Source of the DNA: Meiothermus sp.
GTDB taxonomy: Bacteria; Deinococcota; Deinococci; Deinococcales; Thermaceae
Reading direction: 5' to 3'
Assembly: GCA_033762915.1 (NCBI GenBank)
Contig: JANRLD010000056.1
Location: 1 to 49,096 of the forward strand
DNA length: 49,096 bases
The notes under the pieces are model-generated. The model was not told the origin of the DNA, did no database searches, and saw only the letters and a list, made by a program, of their open reading frames with translations. Shown in pieces: positions 10,313 through 20,365 of the stretch (position 1 is the stretch's first letter; the number at the start of each line of letters is the position of its first letter). The translations under genes were made by a program, and so were the position numbers.

Positions 10313-12976
10313 CTACTCGTTCGTCTTGGCCATCACTTCCTCGAGCGTGGTGACCCCCTGGAAGGCCTTCTCGATGCCGTCCTCGCGCAGGGTCTTCATG
10401 CCCAGTTTGCGGGCGATGTCCTTGATTTGGGTGGCCGACTGGCCCTCCACGATGGCGCGGCGCACGTCTTCCTCGAGGGTCATCAGCTCGTGGATGGCGG
10501 CGCGGCCCTTGTAGCCCGAGCCGTTGCACTTGTCGCAGCCGGTGCCCTTGTAGAGGGTGCGGCCCCGCGCGTCGTCCTTGGTCAGGTCGAGGCGGCGCAG
10601 CACGTTGGGGTCGGGCTCAACCTCGATCTTGCAGCTGTTGCAGATCCGGCGCACCAGACGCTGGGCCAGTACCCCCACCAGTGCGGCAGATATGTTAAAG
10701 AGTTCCACGCCCATCTCGTCGAGGCGGGTCACCGCGCCGGCGGCGTCGTTGGTGTGCAGGGTGGCGATCACCAAGTGGCCGGTGAGGGCGGCCTCGGTGG
10801 CAATCTTGGCGGTCTCGGAGTCGCGAATCTCGCCGACCATGATGATGTCGGGGTCTTGTCGGAGGAAGCTTCGCAGCGCCCGGGCGAAGGTCAGGCCCGC
10901 TACCGGGTTGGCCTGGGTCTGGTTGATTCCGGGAATCTCGTACTCGACCGGGTCTTCGATGGTGGTGGTGTTCTTGTCGGGGGTGGAGATGCGCTTGAGG
11001 ATCGAGAAGGTGGTGAAGGACTTGCCCGAGCCCGTCGGCCCGGTGATGAGGAAGATGCCGTAGGGCTTGTCGATGGTGTCCTCGAAGCGCTGGAAGTTCC
11101 ACGTGGCAAAGCCGAGCTGCTCGATCTCGGGGATTTCGCTGGCCTTGCGCAGCAGACGCATCACGATCTTCTCCCCGTATACGGTGGGGAGCGTGGAGAG
11201 GCGCAGGTCGAGGTCGATCGAGCGGTCCTTGTAGCGCACGCGGCCGTCCTGGGGAAGGCGGCGCTCGGCAATGTCGAGGTTACCCATGATCTTGATGCGC
11301 GAGGAGATGGCCGGGCCGGCCCCCTTGGGTAGGCGCATGTATTCGCGCAGCGATCCGTCGATGCGGAAGCGCACCAAGATGTCGGCCTGGCGCGGCTCGA
11401 TGTGGATGTCCGAAACCTCTTGCAAGAAGGCCTCGCGCAGGATGCTGTTGACCAGCTTGACCACAGCATTGTCGTCGAGGGCGCTGGTGTCGAGTTCTTC
11501 TTCTTTGTTGCTCTTCTTGTTCTCGAACTCCCTTGCCAACTCCTCGACGCCGGTCTGGGAGCCGTAGAAGCGCTCGATCAGCTTGGAGATCTGGGCCTCG
11601 GCGGTGACGGCCGGCATGATGTCCTTCTTGGTGATCATGCGGAGGTCGTCGATGGCCAGGATGTTGCGGGGGTCCTTCATCAACACCACCAGGGTGTTGC
11701 CCTCAAGGTGGTGGGGGATCACTGTGTAGCGGCGGACGGTGGCCTCGGGAACCATCATCAGCACGTTGGGATTGGGGGGGGAGTCGTTGGGGTCGATGTA
11801 GGGGTAGCCAAGCTGGGTGGCCAGGCTCTTGGCGAGCATCTCGGGCTTGATCTTGCCGGACTGCACCAGGGTGTCCTCGAGCCGCCCGCCGCCCTGGCGC
11901 TGCTTCTGCAGCGCGTCCTCCACGTCGTCCTTGCTGACGTAGCCCAGCTCCACCAGCACCTCGCCGAGGGGCCGGGTCTTGCCCATGCGCCGCTGCACCG
12001 ACAAGGCGTCTTGGAGGGCGGCCCGGTTGAGCTTGCCCTCCTGCACCAGCGCCTCGCCCAGCCGGCTCTTCTCGGGGTAGGTCTTGTTGAACAGGGCCTC
12101 CCAGGTGGTGGGCTGGGTCAGGACAAACTTGGTGGGCCGGTCGATCAGGGCGGCCACCGGCTGGCGGTGGCGCGGGTCGGACAGAACGACCAACACCTGC
12201 TGCCCCTCGAGGCGCACCGGCACCGCCTGGTAGCGCAGCGCGTCGGGGCGCAGCAGCATGGCGGTGACCTCCACCTGCACCTCGAGCTTACTCACATCGG
12301 TCAGCAGTTCCATCCCGGACTGCTGGGCCAGCACGGCGTAGAGCTGATGCTCCTGAAGGCCATACTTCCCCATCAGCAGGCGGCCCAGCAGCTCGCCGGT
12401 CTTTTCCTGCTCCACCAGGGCGTTCTCGAGCTGCTCGCGGCTGATCCAGCCCTTTTCCACCAGCAGCCCGCCCACCTTCATCTCGTCAGCGCTGGCCCCG
12501 CTGGGCTTGGCCTGCGGCACCGACAGCCCCAGCTCGGGGTAGTGCAGCGCCAGGGCGTACTGGAAGGAGCTGCGGGTGGTCTGGTATGGTTCGATGATCT
12601 GGTTGGTGAGGTCCTCGAGCTCCTCCAGCACCAGGTTGTCCAGGGGGTTAAGGAGGGCCACGCGGAGGGTGCCGCCCTCGAGGCTGAAGGGCATCGCGCC
12701 CAGGTCGCGGGCGCGCTCGGCGGGCACCATGGCCTTGGCCTCAGGGGTGATCTCGACCTCGGTCAGCTCGACCAGGGGCACCCCGAAGCTCTCCTCGATG
12801 GCCTGGGCGATGCGCCGTTCGGATAGCAGGCCCAGCTCCACCACGATGTCGCCAAGGTTGCCCCCGACCTCGCGGTGCTGCTCCAGGGCACGTTGTAACT
12901 CGCCGTCCTCCAACAGCCCCATGTCCAGCAGGGCGGCCCCTAAACGCTTATCCCCAATCGTCAGAACGTTCGGCAT
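10313..12976 (-). CDS. pilB: Type IV pilus assembly ATPase PilB (Thermus PilF type) with repeated MshEN/GSPII N-domains
   Basis: GPTGSGKS Walker A, LRQDPDIIMVGEIRD, His box, CNSC/CDKC Zn motif, several RLG-x-L-x-G repeats. Confidence 0.95.
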   Translation of the reverse strand: MPNVLTIGDKRLGAALLDMGLLEDGELQRALEQHREVGGNLGDIVVELGLLSERRIAQAIEESFGVPLVELTEVEITPEAKAMVPAERARDLGAMPFSLEGGTLRVALLNPLDNLVLEELEDLTNQIIEPYQTTRSSFQYALALHYPELGLSVPQAKPSGASADEMKVGGLLVEKGWISREQLENALVEQEKTGELLGRLLMGKYGLQEHQLYAVLAQQSGMELLTDVSKLEVQVEVTAMLLRPDALRYQAVPVRLEGQQVLVVLSDPRHRQPVAALIDRPTKFVLTQPTTWEALFNKTYPEKSRLGEALVQEGKLNRAALQDALSVQRRMGKTRPLGEVLVELGYVSKDDVEDALQKQRQGGGRLEDTLVQSGKIKPEMLAKSLATQLGYPYIDPNDSPPNPNVLMMVPEATVRRYTVIPHHLEGNTLVVLMKDPRNILAIDDLRMITKKDIMPAVTAEAQISKLIERFYGSQTGVEELAREFENKKSNKEEELDTSALDDNAVVKLVNSILREAFLQEVSDIHIEPRQADILVRFRIDGSLREYMRLPKGAGPAISSRIKIMGNLDIAERRLPQDGRVRYKDRSIDLDLRLSTLPTVYGEKIVMRLLRKASEIPEIEQLGFATWNFQRFEDTIDKPYGIFLITGPTGSGKSFTTFSILKRISTPDKNTTTIEDPVEYEIPGINQTQANPVAGLTFARALRSFLRQDPDIIMVGEIRDSETAKIATEAALTGHLVIATLHTNDAAGAVTRLDEMGVELFNISAALVGVLAQRLVRRICNSCKIEVEPDPNVLRRLDLTKDDARGRTLYKGTGCDKCNGSGYKGRAAIHELMTLEEDVRRAIVEGQSATQIKDIARKLGMKTLREDGIEKAFQGVTTLEEVMAKTNE

Positions 12977-12980
12977 TCGG

Positions 12981-13547
12981 CTAATCCTCAGAATCTATTT
13001 TGCGGCTTTCGGGATTTATTTCCGGGTCAAAATGCTCATTCTGCTTTGAGGGGCCTGTCATGAACCCCACATTCCCGGTTCCCAGGATCAGCCGCTCGAG
13101 CCGCCGGATCAGCCGGGTGTAGCCCAATTCCTTCTTGGAGATGGGCTGGACCAGGATGGTCAGCGCGCCCACCAGGTTGCCCCCCAGCACGTCGGTAAAG
13201 AGCTGGTCGCCGACCATGGCCACCTCGCTGGCATTGAGCCGGAGCCGCCGCAGGGCCTTGTTAAAGCCGAACCAGGGCTTGCCTGCCGGACCGAAGCCGG
13301 GGATGCCCAGAAGCTCACGCCAGTAGCGCACCCGCCGCCTCGAGCCGTTGGAGACCAGCATGGTCTGGATGCCCGCTGCGTGCAGGCTATCTAGCCAAGC
13401 CCGCAGCTCGGGGGGGCACTCCCCGTAGGCGCGGTAGGGCACCAGGGTGTTGTCGAGGTCGAGCAGCACCGCCCGGATGCCCCGCTCTAGCAGCCAGGCT
13501 GGGTCGATGTGGTCGAAACGTTCGAACTGGGCGGCCGGACGCAGCAC
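12981..13547 (-). CDS. yqeG: YqeG-family HAD IIIA phosphatase
   Basis: DLDNTL, VSN, KP, VGDQLFTDVLGGN. Confidence 0.88.
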   Translation of the reverse strand: MLRPAAQFERFDHIDPAWLLERGIRAVLLDLDNTLVPYRAYGECPPELRAWLDSLHAAGIQTMLVSNGSRRRVRYWRELLGIPGFGPAGKPWFGFNKALRRLRLNASEVAMVGDQLFTDVLGGNLVGALTILVQPISKKELGYTRLIRRLERLILGTGNVGFMTGPSKQNEHFDPEINPESRKIDSED

Positions 13548-13664
13548 CCGGACATTCTAAACCCGACCCTACTTTTGGCGGGGCGCCCCCGCGTAACGCA
13601 AAGCCTGCCTAGATGTGCAAATTCGCTAGACCGGCCGCCCTCTCAGCGCTACGCTTTGGTTATT

Positions 13665-16403
13665 GTGGAGTGGGTGGCTCCTTTATTCCTCGCAGTGTTA
13701 ATCTCCGGCGCCGTGATGGCGGTGGGCCGGCTTCGACCCCGACCTGGCCCGCCGGCTCCGCCAGCCCCGCTGCTGGACGATGAACGCTTCGAAGGCCGCA
13801 GCGTCACCCTGGTCGAGACCATCGAGGCCCTGGCCCGCGGTTCGGAGCGGGAGTTCTGGCCCCGGCTGATCGGGGCGCTGGTGGACGGGGTGCCGGGGGC
13901 CGAGGCCGGAAGCATACGGCTGCGCGAGGGACGGCAGCTGCGCTTCGTGGCCGAGCGGGGCTTTGGCCCGGGCATTCTGGGCATCCTCAGCGATGAGCAC
14001 GAGGTAGTCAACTGGTACGGCGATGAGTCCGCTTGGTATCGGGGCGAGCCGCGCATCCTCAATGCGGATCAGATCACCAGCCTGTTCGCCCGCGACCGGG
14101 CCAACCTCGAGCTCTTGCGCAAGCTCGATCAGGCCATCGGGGCCGACGACCGCACCACCAGGATTCGATCTAACCTATGCATCCCCGTCGTGCTGGAGGG
14201 CGAGGTGGTGGCCGATATCAACCTCGACGCCTTTCGGGACGGGGCTTTCGACAGTCGCTCGGTGTCGGTGGCCCGCCACTACGCCCTCCAGGTGACCGCG
14301 CTGGTGGCCTCGCTGCGTGAACGGGCCAAGCTCGAGGCGCGGGTACGCGAGTTCGAGGTAATCGAAGCCCTCAGCTCGGCCCTGCGTGACCTGAGCCGCC
14401 CCGAGGAGATCACCCGGAGCATCGTCGGAGAGGCCGCCCGTCTGATGGACTCGCCCGATGCCGCGCTGGTGCTGCTGGAGCCGGACGGCCAGACGCTGCG
14501 CTGGGCGGCCGCGGTAGGTGACTTTGCCCTCCTCAGCAAGCCCGTCCCCCGGGGGCGGGGCCTGACCTGGGCGGCCATCGAAACCAAAGCCCCCATCCTC
14601 AGCAACCAGGCCCACCTCGACCCTCGGGTCTACCAGCACGCCACCCGCGAGCCTTACTCTCAGATCACCGTGCCGATGCTCAACTCGACCGGCCAAGCGG
14701 TGGGGGTGCTGCTGTCGGCCCGCCAGGGCGCAGGGGCCTACACCGAGCGCGACGTGCGGGTGCTGCGGGTGATCGCCAACATTGCCACCAACACCCTCGA
14801 GCGGGTGCGCAGCACCCAGGGTCTGCGGGAGAAGCTGCGCGAGTTCGAGGTTATCGAGGCGGTCTCACACGCCCTGAGCGGGGCCGAAACCCTGGCCCAG
14901 GTGGCCGAGGCGTTGGTGGTGGAAACCCACCACCTGCTGCGCTCCGACGACGTGGCCTTTTATGCGGTCGGGGGTGAGGGGGCTTATCTCGAGCTTGGCG
15001 CTCGCTTCGGCCAGAGCCAGGACCCACCCCGCCGCATCCCCCGGGGGACCGGCTTGAGCTGGTCGGCCCTGGAGTCCAGGCAGCCGATCCTCAGCCAAAA
15101 CGCTGGCCAAGACTCCCAGGGCTTCTACCCCGGCGACAGCCCACCCCAGGTTGCGCAGATCACCTTGCCGCTGTTCGACTCCAAGGGTGAGCCGCTGGGG
15201 GTGTTGCTGGCCGCCGCCCCGCTCCCCGTCCAGTACGGCCAGGCCGACGTGCGCCTGATGCAGCTGGTGGGCAGCGTGGCTGCCAGCGCCCTCGAGCGCG
15301 TGCGGGCCACCCAGGCCCTCGAGGTCGAGCTGGGCGAGAAGGCCGCGCTGCTAGAGCTGAGCCAGATGCTCGAGGGCAACAGCAGCGCCGACATCGAGCG
15401 GGCCCTGGAGTACGTGCGCCGCCTGTTCACGGCGGACGCCGCCGTGCTGAGCGGTCTGAAAGACCAGAGGGTGCGGGCCTTCAGCGTGGCGGGCCAGCTG
15501 ACCCCGGCCCTCCAGGCCCGCTACGACCAGGGCTGGCCGCTGGAGATCGCCCGCCCCATGGGCCGCCAGCTTAGCCAGAATCAGGTGACCACCGAGAACC
15601 CCGGCCCCTTTGGATCGCTGTTGGAGGAGCTGGGCATCGGGGCCAACATGTCGGTGGGGCTCGGCGCGGAACTGCCCTACGGGGGCTTGGCTTTCTACCG
15701 CTTCGGCCCGGCCCGGCCCTGGAGCACCCGCGAGCTCGAGCTGGCCCAGGGCTGCGGGCGGATGTTGGGCACGGTGATCAACCGGGTGCGGGCCGCCCAG
15801 CGACTCGAGGATGCCTACGAAGGGGCGCTGCGCACCATCGGCATCGCCCTCGAGGCCCGTGACCGCGAGACCGCCGGCCACACCGACCGGGTGGCCGCCG
15901 CCGCCGAGCAGATCGGCGAGGCGGTGGGCCTGTCCCCCACCGAGCTGCGCGACCTGCGCTGGGGGGCCTACCTGCACGACATCGGCAAGCTGGCCATCCC
16001 CGACTCGATCCTGCTAAAGCCGGGCAAGCTGACTCCCGAGGAATTCGGCACCATGAAGACCCACGCCGCGCTGGGCGACGACCTGGTGCGCAACCTTCCT
16101 TTCGTACCTCACGCCGCCCGCCAAGTGGTGCGCCACCACCACGAGCGTCTGGACGGTCGCGGCTACCCGGACAGCCTTACCGGCGATCAGATCCCCCTGC
16201 CGGCCCGCATATTCGCCATCTGCGACGTGTTCGACGCGCTGTGTTCGGAGCGCCCCTACAAGCGGGCCATGTCGCCGGAGGAGGCCGCCAGGGAGCTTTG
16301 GAAAAGCGCGCAGACCGGCCACCTCGAGCCCGAGCTGGTGCGACACTTCCTCGAGGCCCGCGGTCTGCAGGATGCGGTGCTGGTCTCCCAGGCCGCCGAC
16401 TGA
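13665..16403 (+). CDS. Membrane-anchored multi-GAF HD-GYP phosphodiesterase
   Basis: N-terminal hydrophobic helix, repeated GAF segments (PRGxGLxW), LHDIGK, HHERLDGRGYP; start at GTG 13665 is inferred. Confidence 0.85.
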   Translation: MEWVAPLFLAVLISGAVMAVGRLRPRPGPPAPPAPLLDDERFEGRSVTLVETIEALARGSEREFWPRLIGALVDGVPGAEAGSIRLREGRQLRFVAERGFGPGILGILSDEHEVVNWYGDESAWYRGEPRILNADQITSLFARDRANLELLRKLDQAIGADDRTTRIRSNLCIPVVLEGEVVADINLDAFRDGAFDSRSVSVARHYALQVTALVASLRERAKLEARVREFEVIEALSSALRDLSRPEEITRSIVGEAARLMDSPDAALVLLEPDGQTLRWAAAVGDFALLSKPVPRGRGLTWAAIETKAPILSNQAHLDPRVYQHATREPYSQITVPMLNSTGQAVGVLLSARQGAGAYTERDVRVLRVIANIATNTLERVRSTQGLREKLREFEVIEAVSHALSGAETLAQVAEALVVETHHLLRSDDVAFYAVGGEGAYLELGARFGQSQDPPRRIPRGTGLSWSALESRQPILSQNAGQDSQGFYPGDSPPQVAQITLPLFDSKGEPLGVLLAAAPLPVQYGQADVRLMQLVGSVAASALERVRATQALEVELGEKAALLELSQMLEGNSSADIERALEYVRRLFTADAAVLSGLKDQRVRAFSVAGQLTPALQARYDQGWPLEIARPMGRQLSQNQVTTENPGPFGSLLEELGIGANMSVGLGAELPYGGLAFYRFGPARPWSTRELELAQGCGRMLGTVINRVRAAQRLEDAYEGALRTIGIALEARDRETAGHTDRVAAAAEQIGEAVGLSPTELRDLRWGAYLHDIGKLAIPDSILLKPGKLTPEEFGTMKTHAALGDDLVRNLPFVPHAARQVVRHHHERLDGRGYPDSLTGDQIPLPARIFAICDVFDALCSERPYKRAMSPEEAARELWKSAQTGHLEPELVRHFLEARGLQDAVLVSQAAD

Positions 16404-16651
16404 GCCCCAGGGTCATCCGGGTGTTGGTGCATCTTCCCAGCCGGTCCTCTGGGTGGAGCCATAGCCCCCTGCCGTTTTTGCGCTGTGGGTAGAGCCGGAG
16501 TTAGCTCGAGATGTGCCGCACCGACGCCGGAGGTGAGGTCTTGGATGCTGTCTAGAGGGCCAGCCTCTCCACGAGCTTGAACGAGGCCGGAAGGCGGTTT
16601 TGGGGGCTCGAGGCGGGGGCTGGCCCCCGCCTTTGCGGTAAGCTATCCCTC

Positions 16652-17035
16652 ATGAGCCAGAAGCGAGTCGCCACAGAACAGGCGCCGGGTGCCATCGGGC
16701 CCTACAGCCAAGCCATTGTTGCCAACGGGGTGGTCTACTGCTCGGGGCAGATCCCCCTCTTGCCCTCGGGCGAGCTGCTGCAAGGGGGCGTGGAGGCCCA
16801 GACCCACCAGGTCATGAAGAACCTGACCGCCGTGCTGGCGGCGGCGGGCTCCTCGATGGGCCGGGTTGTGCAGACCACCTGCTACCTGGCCGACATGAAC
16901 GACTTCCCGGTCTTTAACAAGGTGTACGCCGAGTATATGAAAGAGCCCTACCCGGCCCGCGCTACCGTGGAGGTCGCCCGCCTGCCCCGGGACGTAAAGG
17001 TGGAAGTCTCGTGCACCGCGCTGGTGGAAGGCTAG
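16652..17035 (+). CDS. ridA: RidA family enamine/imine deaminase
   Basis: GPYSQA, SGQIP, PARATV, VEV; -10 TAAGCT 7 nt upstream. Confidence 0.9.
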   Translation: MSQKRVATEQAPGAIGPYSQAIVANGVVYCSGQIPLLPSGELLQGGVEAQTHQVMKNLTAVLAAAGSSMGRVVQTTCYLADMNDFPVFNKVYAEYMKEPYPARATVEVARLPRDVKVEVSCTALVEG

Positions 17036-17137
17036 AGCTGCGCTAACGGGGTTGGCCCAACCCTAGCCCGGCTCGCTCGCGCTGTATCGCCTTTGTGGCC
17101 GGTTGGAGGTGTTTCGGACGGGCCAAACAGCCTGAGC

Positions 17138-17311
17138 ACCAAATTCTGCATAGCTGCCTATCGGGTTGCCGCCACCAAAATGCCCTTACCTTGCCCCATA
17201 GTAAGTTTGGGAAGTCCTCAACGCGACAGGAGCAGCGAGCTGCTTACCAGCGCAATTCCCCAACGGGCTGCCGGGCGGCATTTTGCATATCAGCTATGAA
17301 GACACTTGGGG
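17138..17311. repeat. Two inverted, degenerate family A half-copies forming a long imperfect palindrome
   Basis: catagctg...cagctatg arms; gcgcaattccc...gggcggcatttt...atgaagacacttgg matches the 3' half of the 20156 copy. Confidence 0.55.
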
Positions 17312-17432
17312 AGTTGTCCCTGTTGCACAACTCTTGCCCTCTGCGATCGCGCAGTTTCGGCCTTCGCCGGTTTCGACCCTAAGCCCTTGTCCCCTGACCT
17401 TGGTCCGAAGCTTTTGCGTCTGAAAGGAATCC

Positions 17433-17879
17433 ATGACCGTCGAACAGCGCCTCGAGCAACTCGGGATCACCCTCCCCACCCTCACCCCGCCCCAGTTCAG
17501 CTTCGTGCCCGCCGTCAGAACCGGCAACCTGCTGTTTATCTCGGGCCAGGTCTCGAGCCAGAAGGGCAAGCTGGGCGTGGATGTGACGGTGGAGCAGGGC
17601 TACCACGCCTCGCGCGAGGTCGCCATAAAAATGTTGGCGGTGGTGAAGGACGCAGTGGGCGACCTCGATCGGGTGACTCGAGTGGTTAAGCTGCTGGGCA
17701 TGGTTAACTCGGGCCTGGAGTTTGTGGAGCAGCCCAAGGTGATCAACGGGGCCTCGGACCTGTTGGTCGAGGTGTTCGGCGAGCGCGGCAAGCACGCCCG
17801 CAGCGCCGTTGGCTTTGCCCAGCTGCCCTTCAACTGCAGCGTGGAAATCGAGGGGATTTTTGAGGTGCAAGGCGGTTGA
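17433..17879 (+). CDS. Rid/YjgF family protein (non-RidA subfamily)
   Basis: GNLLFISGQ, NGASDL, GKHARSAVG, SVEIE. Confidence 0.88.
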   Translation: MTVEQRLEQLGITLPTLTPPQFSFVPAVRTGNLLFISGQVSSQKGKLGVDVTVEQGYHASREVAIKMLAVVKDAVGDLDRVTRVVKLLGMVNSGLEFVEQPKVINGASDLLVEVFGERGKHARSAVGFAQLPFNCSVEIEGIFEVQGG

Positions 17880-18020
17880 GGCATGCCAGGAATAGACCAA
17901 CTGCTAGTGCGGGTATCCGAAGGTTGGGGACTCGGTTTCGGCCTGTTCGTTACGCTCTACTCGAGGCTATTGGGAAAATAAACACGAAATTCATCGATTG
18001 GTGCGTATAATTGCCGCTGA

Positions 18021-19163
18021 ATGTTTGCCTTTGTTCGATTGACAGCGGTTTTTCTGCTTCTCGCGGGCTTCGCGTCGGCGCAGCAACAGGATTTGTTGCT
18101 GCGGGTTCTGCTCAGCGAGGGCGCGGTGGGTACCCTGAGCATCGGGGCGCACGATCGGGTTAACGGAGCGGGCAGCCAGACCATGGCGGGCGGTAGCTTC
18201 CGGCTCTCGGCGGGCCAGGGTCAGGTGCTGGTGGACGGTCAGGCCGCGGGCAACTGGGTCGAGTTTGCCGCGCCCGAGGGGTTCACCCTATCCGGCCGGG
18301 CCTTCCGGGGCAACCTGATGGCGGTCTCGCAGGGCGGGCGTCTGCTCTTCATCAACCGGGTTTGGCTCGAGGACTACCTGCTCGGGGTGGTGCCCTCCGA
18401 GGTTCCGGTCAACTTCCCCGACGCGGTGCTCCAGGCCCAGTCCATCCTGGCCCGCACCTTCGCCCTCTACCGCCTCAACCCCCAGGGCCTCTACGACCTC
18501 TGCGCCACCGAACGCTGCCAGGTCTACAAGGGGCGCGAGGTCGAGACCCCCCGGCACAGCAGTGCCGTGATTGCTACCCGGGGCCTGATTGTCAGCTACG
18601 ACGCCCAACCCATCACCGCCGTCTATAGCGCCGACTCCGGCGGCTTCACCGCCTCCTCCGGCGAGGTCTGGGGCACCGACAAGCCCTACCTGACTGCCCG
18701 CCCCGACCCCTTCTCCCAGAGCCCCGGCGGGACCTGGACCGTATCCATCAGCCCCGCTGCCGTGGCGCGGGAGCTGGGCGAGTTAAGCCTGTCGGTGGGC
18801 ACTGTGCGCTCTATGCAGGTTCTGGCCTACAGCGCCAGCGGCCGGCCCAGCAGCCTGCGCGTAAACGGCAGCAGCCGCTCGGTCACCCTGAACGCGGTGC
18901 AGGCCAGCCGGGTGCTGCGCGGCATCGGCCTGCGCTCGACCCGGGTCGAGATCCGCGGCCTGAGCGCGACCGGCTGGGGCAACGGCCACGGCGTGGGGAT
19001 GAGCCAGTGGGGCGCGCGGGGCCTGGCCTCCCAGGGCTGGGACTTCCGGCAAATTCTGGGCTACTACTACCCCGGCACCTTCCTCAGCAGCTTCGAGGTG
19101 GTGGCAGGGTTGCGGACCAAGCTCTATTCGATGGGGTTTGGGCGGGTGATCGCCGGACGCTGA
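18021..19163 (+). CDS. SpoIID/LytB domain peptidoglycan hydrolase
   Basis: Signal peptide; LEDYLLGVVPSE, AQSILART, CQVY, GHGVGMSQWGA, ILGYYYPG. Confidence 0.9.
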   Translation: MFAFVRLTAVFLLLAGFASAQQQDLLLRVLLSEGAVGTLSIGAHDRVNGAGSQTMAGGSFRLSAGQGQVLVDGQAAGNWVEFAAPEGFTLSGRAFRGNLMAVSQGGRLLFINRVWLEDYLLGVVPSEVPVNFPDAVLQAQSILARTFALYRLNPQGLYDLCATERCQVYKGREVETPRHSSAVIATRGLIVSYDAQPITAVYSADSGGFTASSGEVWGTDKPYLTARPDPFSQSPGGTWTVSISPAAVARELGELSLSVGTVRSMQVLAYSASGRPSSLRVNGSSRSVTLNAVQASRVLRGIGLRSTRVEIRGLSATGWGNGHGVGMSQWGARGLASQGWDFRQILGYYYPGTFLSSFEVVAGLRTKLYSMGFGRVIAGR

Positions 19164-19257
19164 GCGGGTGCCCGCACAGCAGTTGCCAAGAAAACCAAAT
19201 ACCCCGCACGCAGCGAATCGGACCTGAGGGGTATTTGTGCAAACCGCCCAAGACGCG

Positions 19258-19286
19258 GAGGGCCGGGTAGCTTACACCCGGCCCTC
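19258..19286 (+). terminator. GC hairpin after spoIID, probable terminator
   Basis: gagggccgggt/acccggccctc perfect 11-bp stem; weak U tail. Confidence 0.5.
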
Positions 19287-19482
19287 TTCATTGGTTGGTA
19301 GGTCAGCCGCTCGAGAGTGGTTTCTTAGCCACCACGTAAATCCGTGAACCAGGGGGTTCCTCGCGCTCTTTCGGCCTATCGTCTGCCCTAGGCACCAACC
19401 AATGCTCCTTTAGAGTAGCCCTCGAGGCCGGTACTGTACAGGTGCAAAAGTCCTTGCTGGACAAAGCCGGGTCAGCAGTTGG

Positions 19483-19625
19483 GCCAGGGTAGCGTGCGGA
19501 AACGGCGGAAGCGGCAAATACGTGCCAGGGCGGAGTGGCGTGCGCCATAGCCGTGGAGCCGCTACCCGAGGCGCAATTCCCTGCAGGAGCTGGCGGGCGA
19601 CAGTCGCATGGCAACTGTGGAGACC
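19483..19625 (+). repeat. Dispersed repeat family A copy (direct repeat 1)
   Basis: Aligns along its length with 20156-20322. Confidence 0.85.
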
Positions 19626-20123
19626 CTAGCCTTGGTCGGCCGCCTCGGCCTTGGCGCGGTAGCGGAAGTCGCAGAAGGCCGCGCCCTGCATGATGGTCTG
19701 GGTGCGGCTGAACTCCACATCGGGGCGGAAGCCGGCCATCAGCGCCCCGTCGCGATTGCAGGAGAGCAGTGCGCCCAGCTCGGGGATGCCCAGCCGCCGG
19801 TACATCTCGGCGTAGCGGCAGCGGTGCACGTTGAACGAGAGGGCGGTCTCGGAGCGCTCGAGCACCTCGATCTCCAGCGCACCGTCCTTGGTCCAGTTCT
19901 CCAGGCTGCGGTCGAAGTCCTCGAGGGTGGGGCCGTAAACCCCGGCCAGTGCCGCGCCCTGTTCCCGCGCCAGCCCCTCGATGACCTCGCGGGCCACCGC
20001 CCGCACCTCCGGGTGCCCAAAGCGCTCGCCCAGCGCTTGCAGCAGCGGGGCCACCACGCGGGCCTCGATCTCCCGGCGCCGGAGCACGCCGATCTGGTTG
20101 AGTTCGGTATCGGGGTTGTTCAT
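19626..20123 (-). CDS. L-2-amino-thiazoline-4-carboxylic acid hydrolase-like protein
   Basis: [33 protein letters not shown]. Confidence 0.85.
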   Translation of the reverse strand: MNNPDTELNQIGVLRRREIEARVVAPLLQALGERFGHPEVRAVAREVIEGLAREQGAALAGVYGPTLEDFDRSLENWTKDGALEIEVLERSETALSFNVHRCRYAEMYRRLGIPELGALLSCNRDGALMAGFRPDVEFSRTQTIMQGAAFCDFRYRAKAEAADQG

Positions 20124-20155
20124 GGGGTGACCTCACGGATTCGCGTTTAAGTTGC

Positions 20156-20322
20156 GCCAGGGTAGAAGTACAGAATCAGCAGATACGTTAGAGACTTGCC
20201 TGGGCGGAGTGGCGTGCGCCATAGCCGCAGAGCGGCTACCCGAGTGCGGAGCGTCTACTCGAGGCGCAATTCCCTGCCGGAGCTGGCGGGCGACATTTTG
20301 CTGCAACGATGGAGACACTTGG
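20156..20322 (+). repeat. Dispersed repeat family A copy (direct repeat 2)
   Basis: Same as 19483 copy plus a 19-nt imperfect internal duplication (tgcggagcgtctactcgag). Confidence 0.85.
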
Positions 20323-20365
20323 CCCTTTGCCCAGCTAGCCTACAAGAGCCTTCAGCCCTCGGCGT

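Noticed and set aside
11402..12826. Long antisense ORFs (also 7584..8525, 20738..22018, 43062..44684)
   Set aside because: Shadows of GC-rich genes on the opposite strand, no motifs
19478..20322. Integron attC sites
   Set aside because: GTT and AAC boxes are in the wrong order for attC, and there is no integrase in the window
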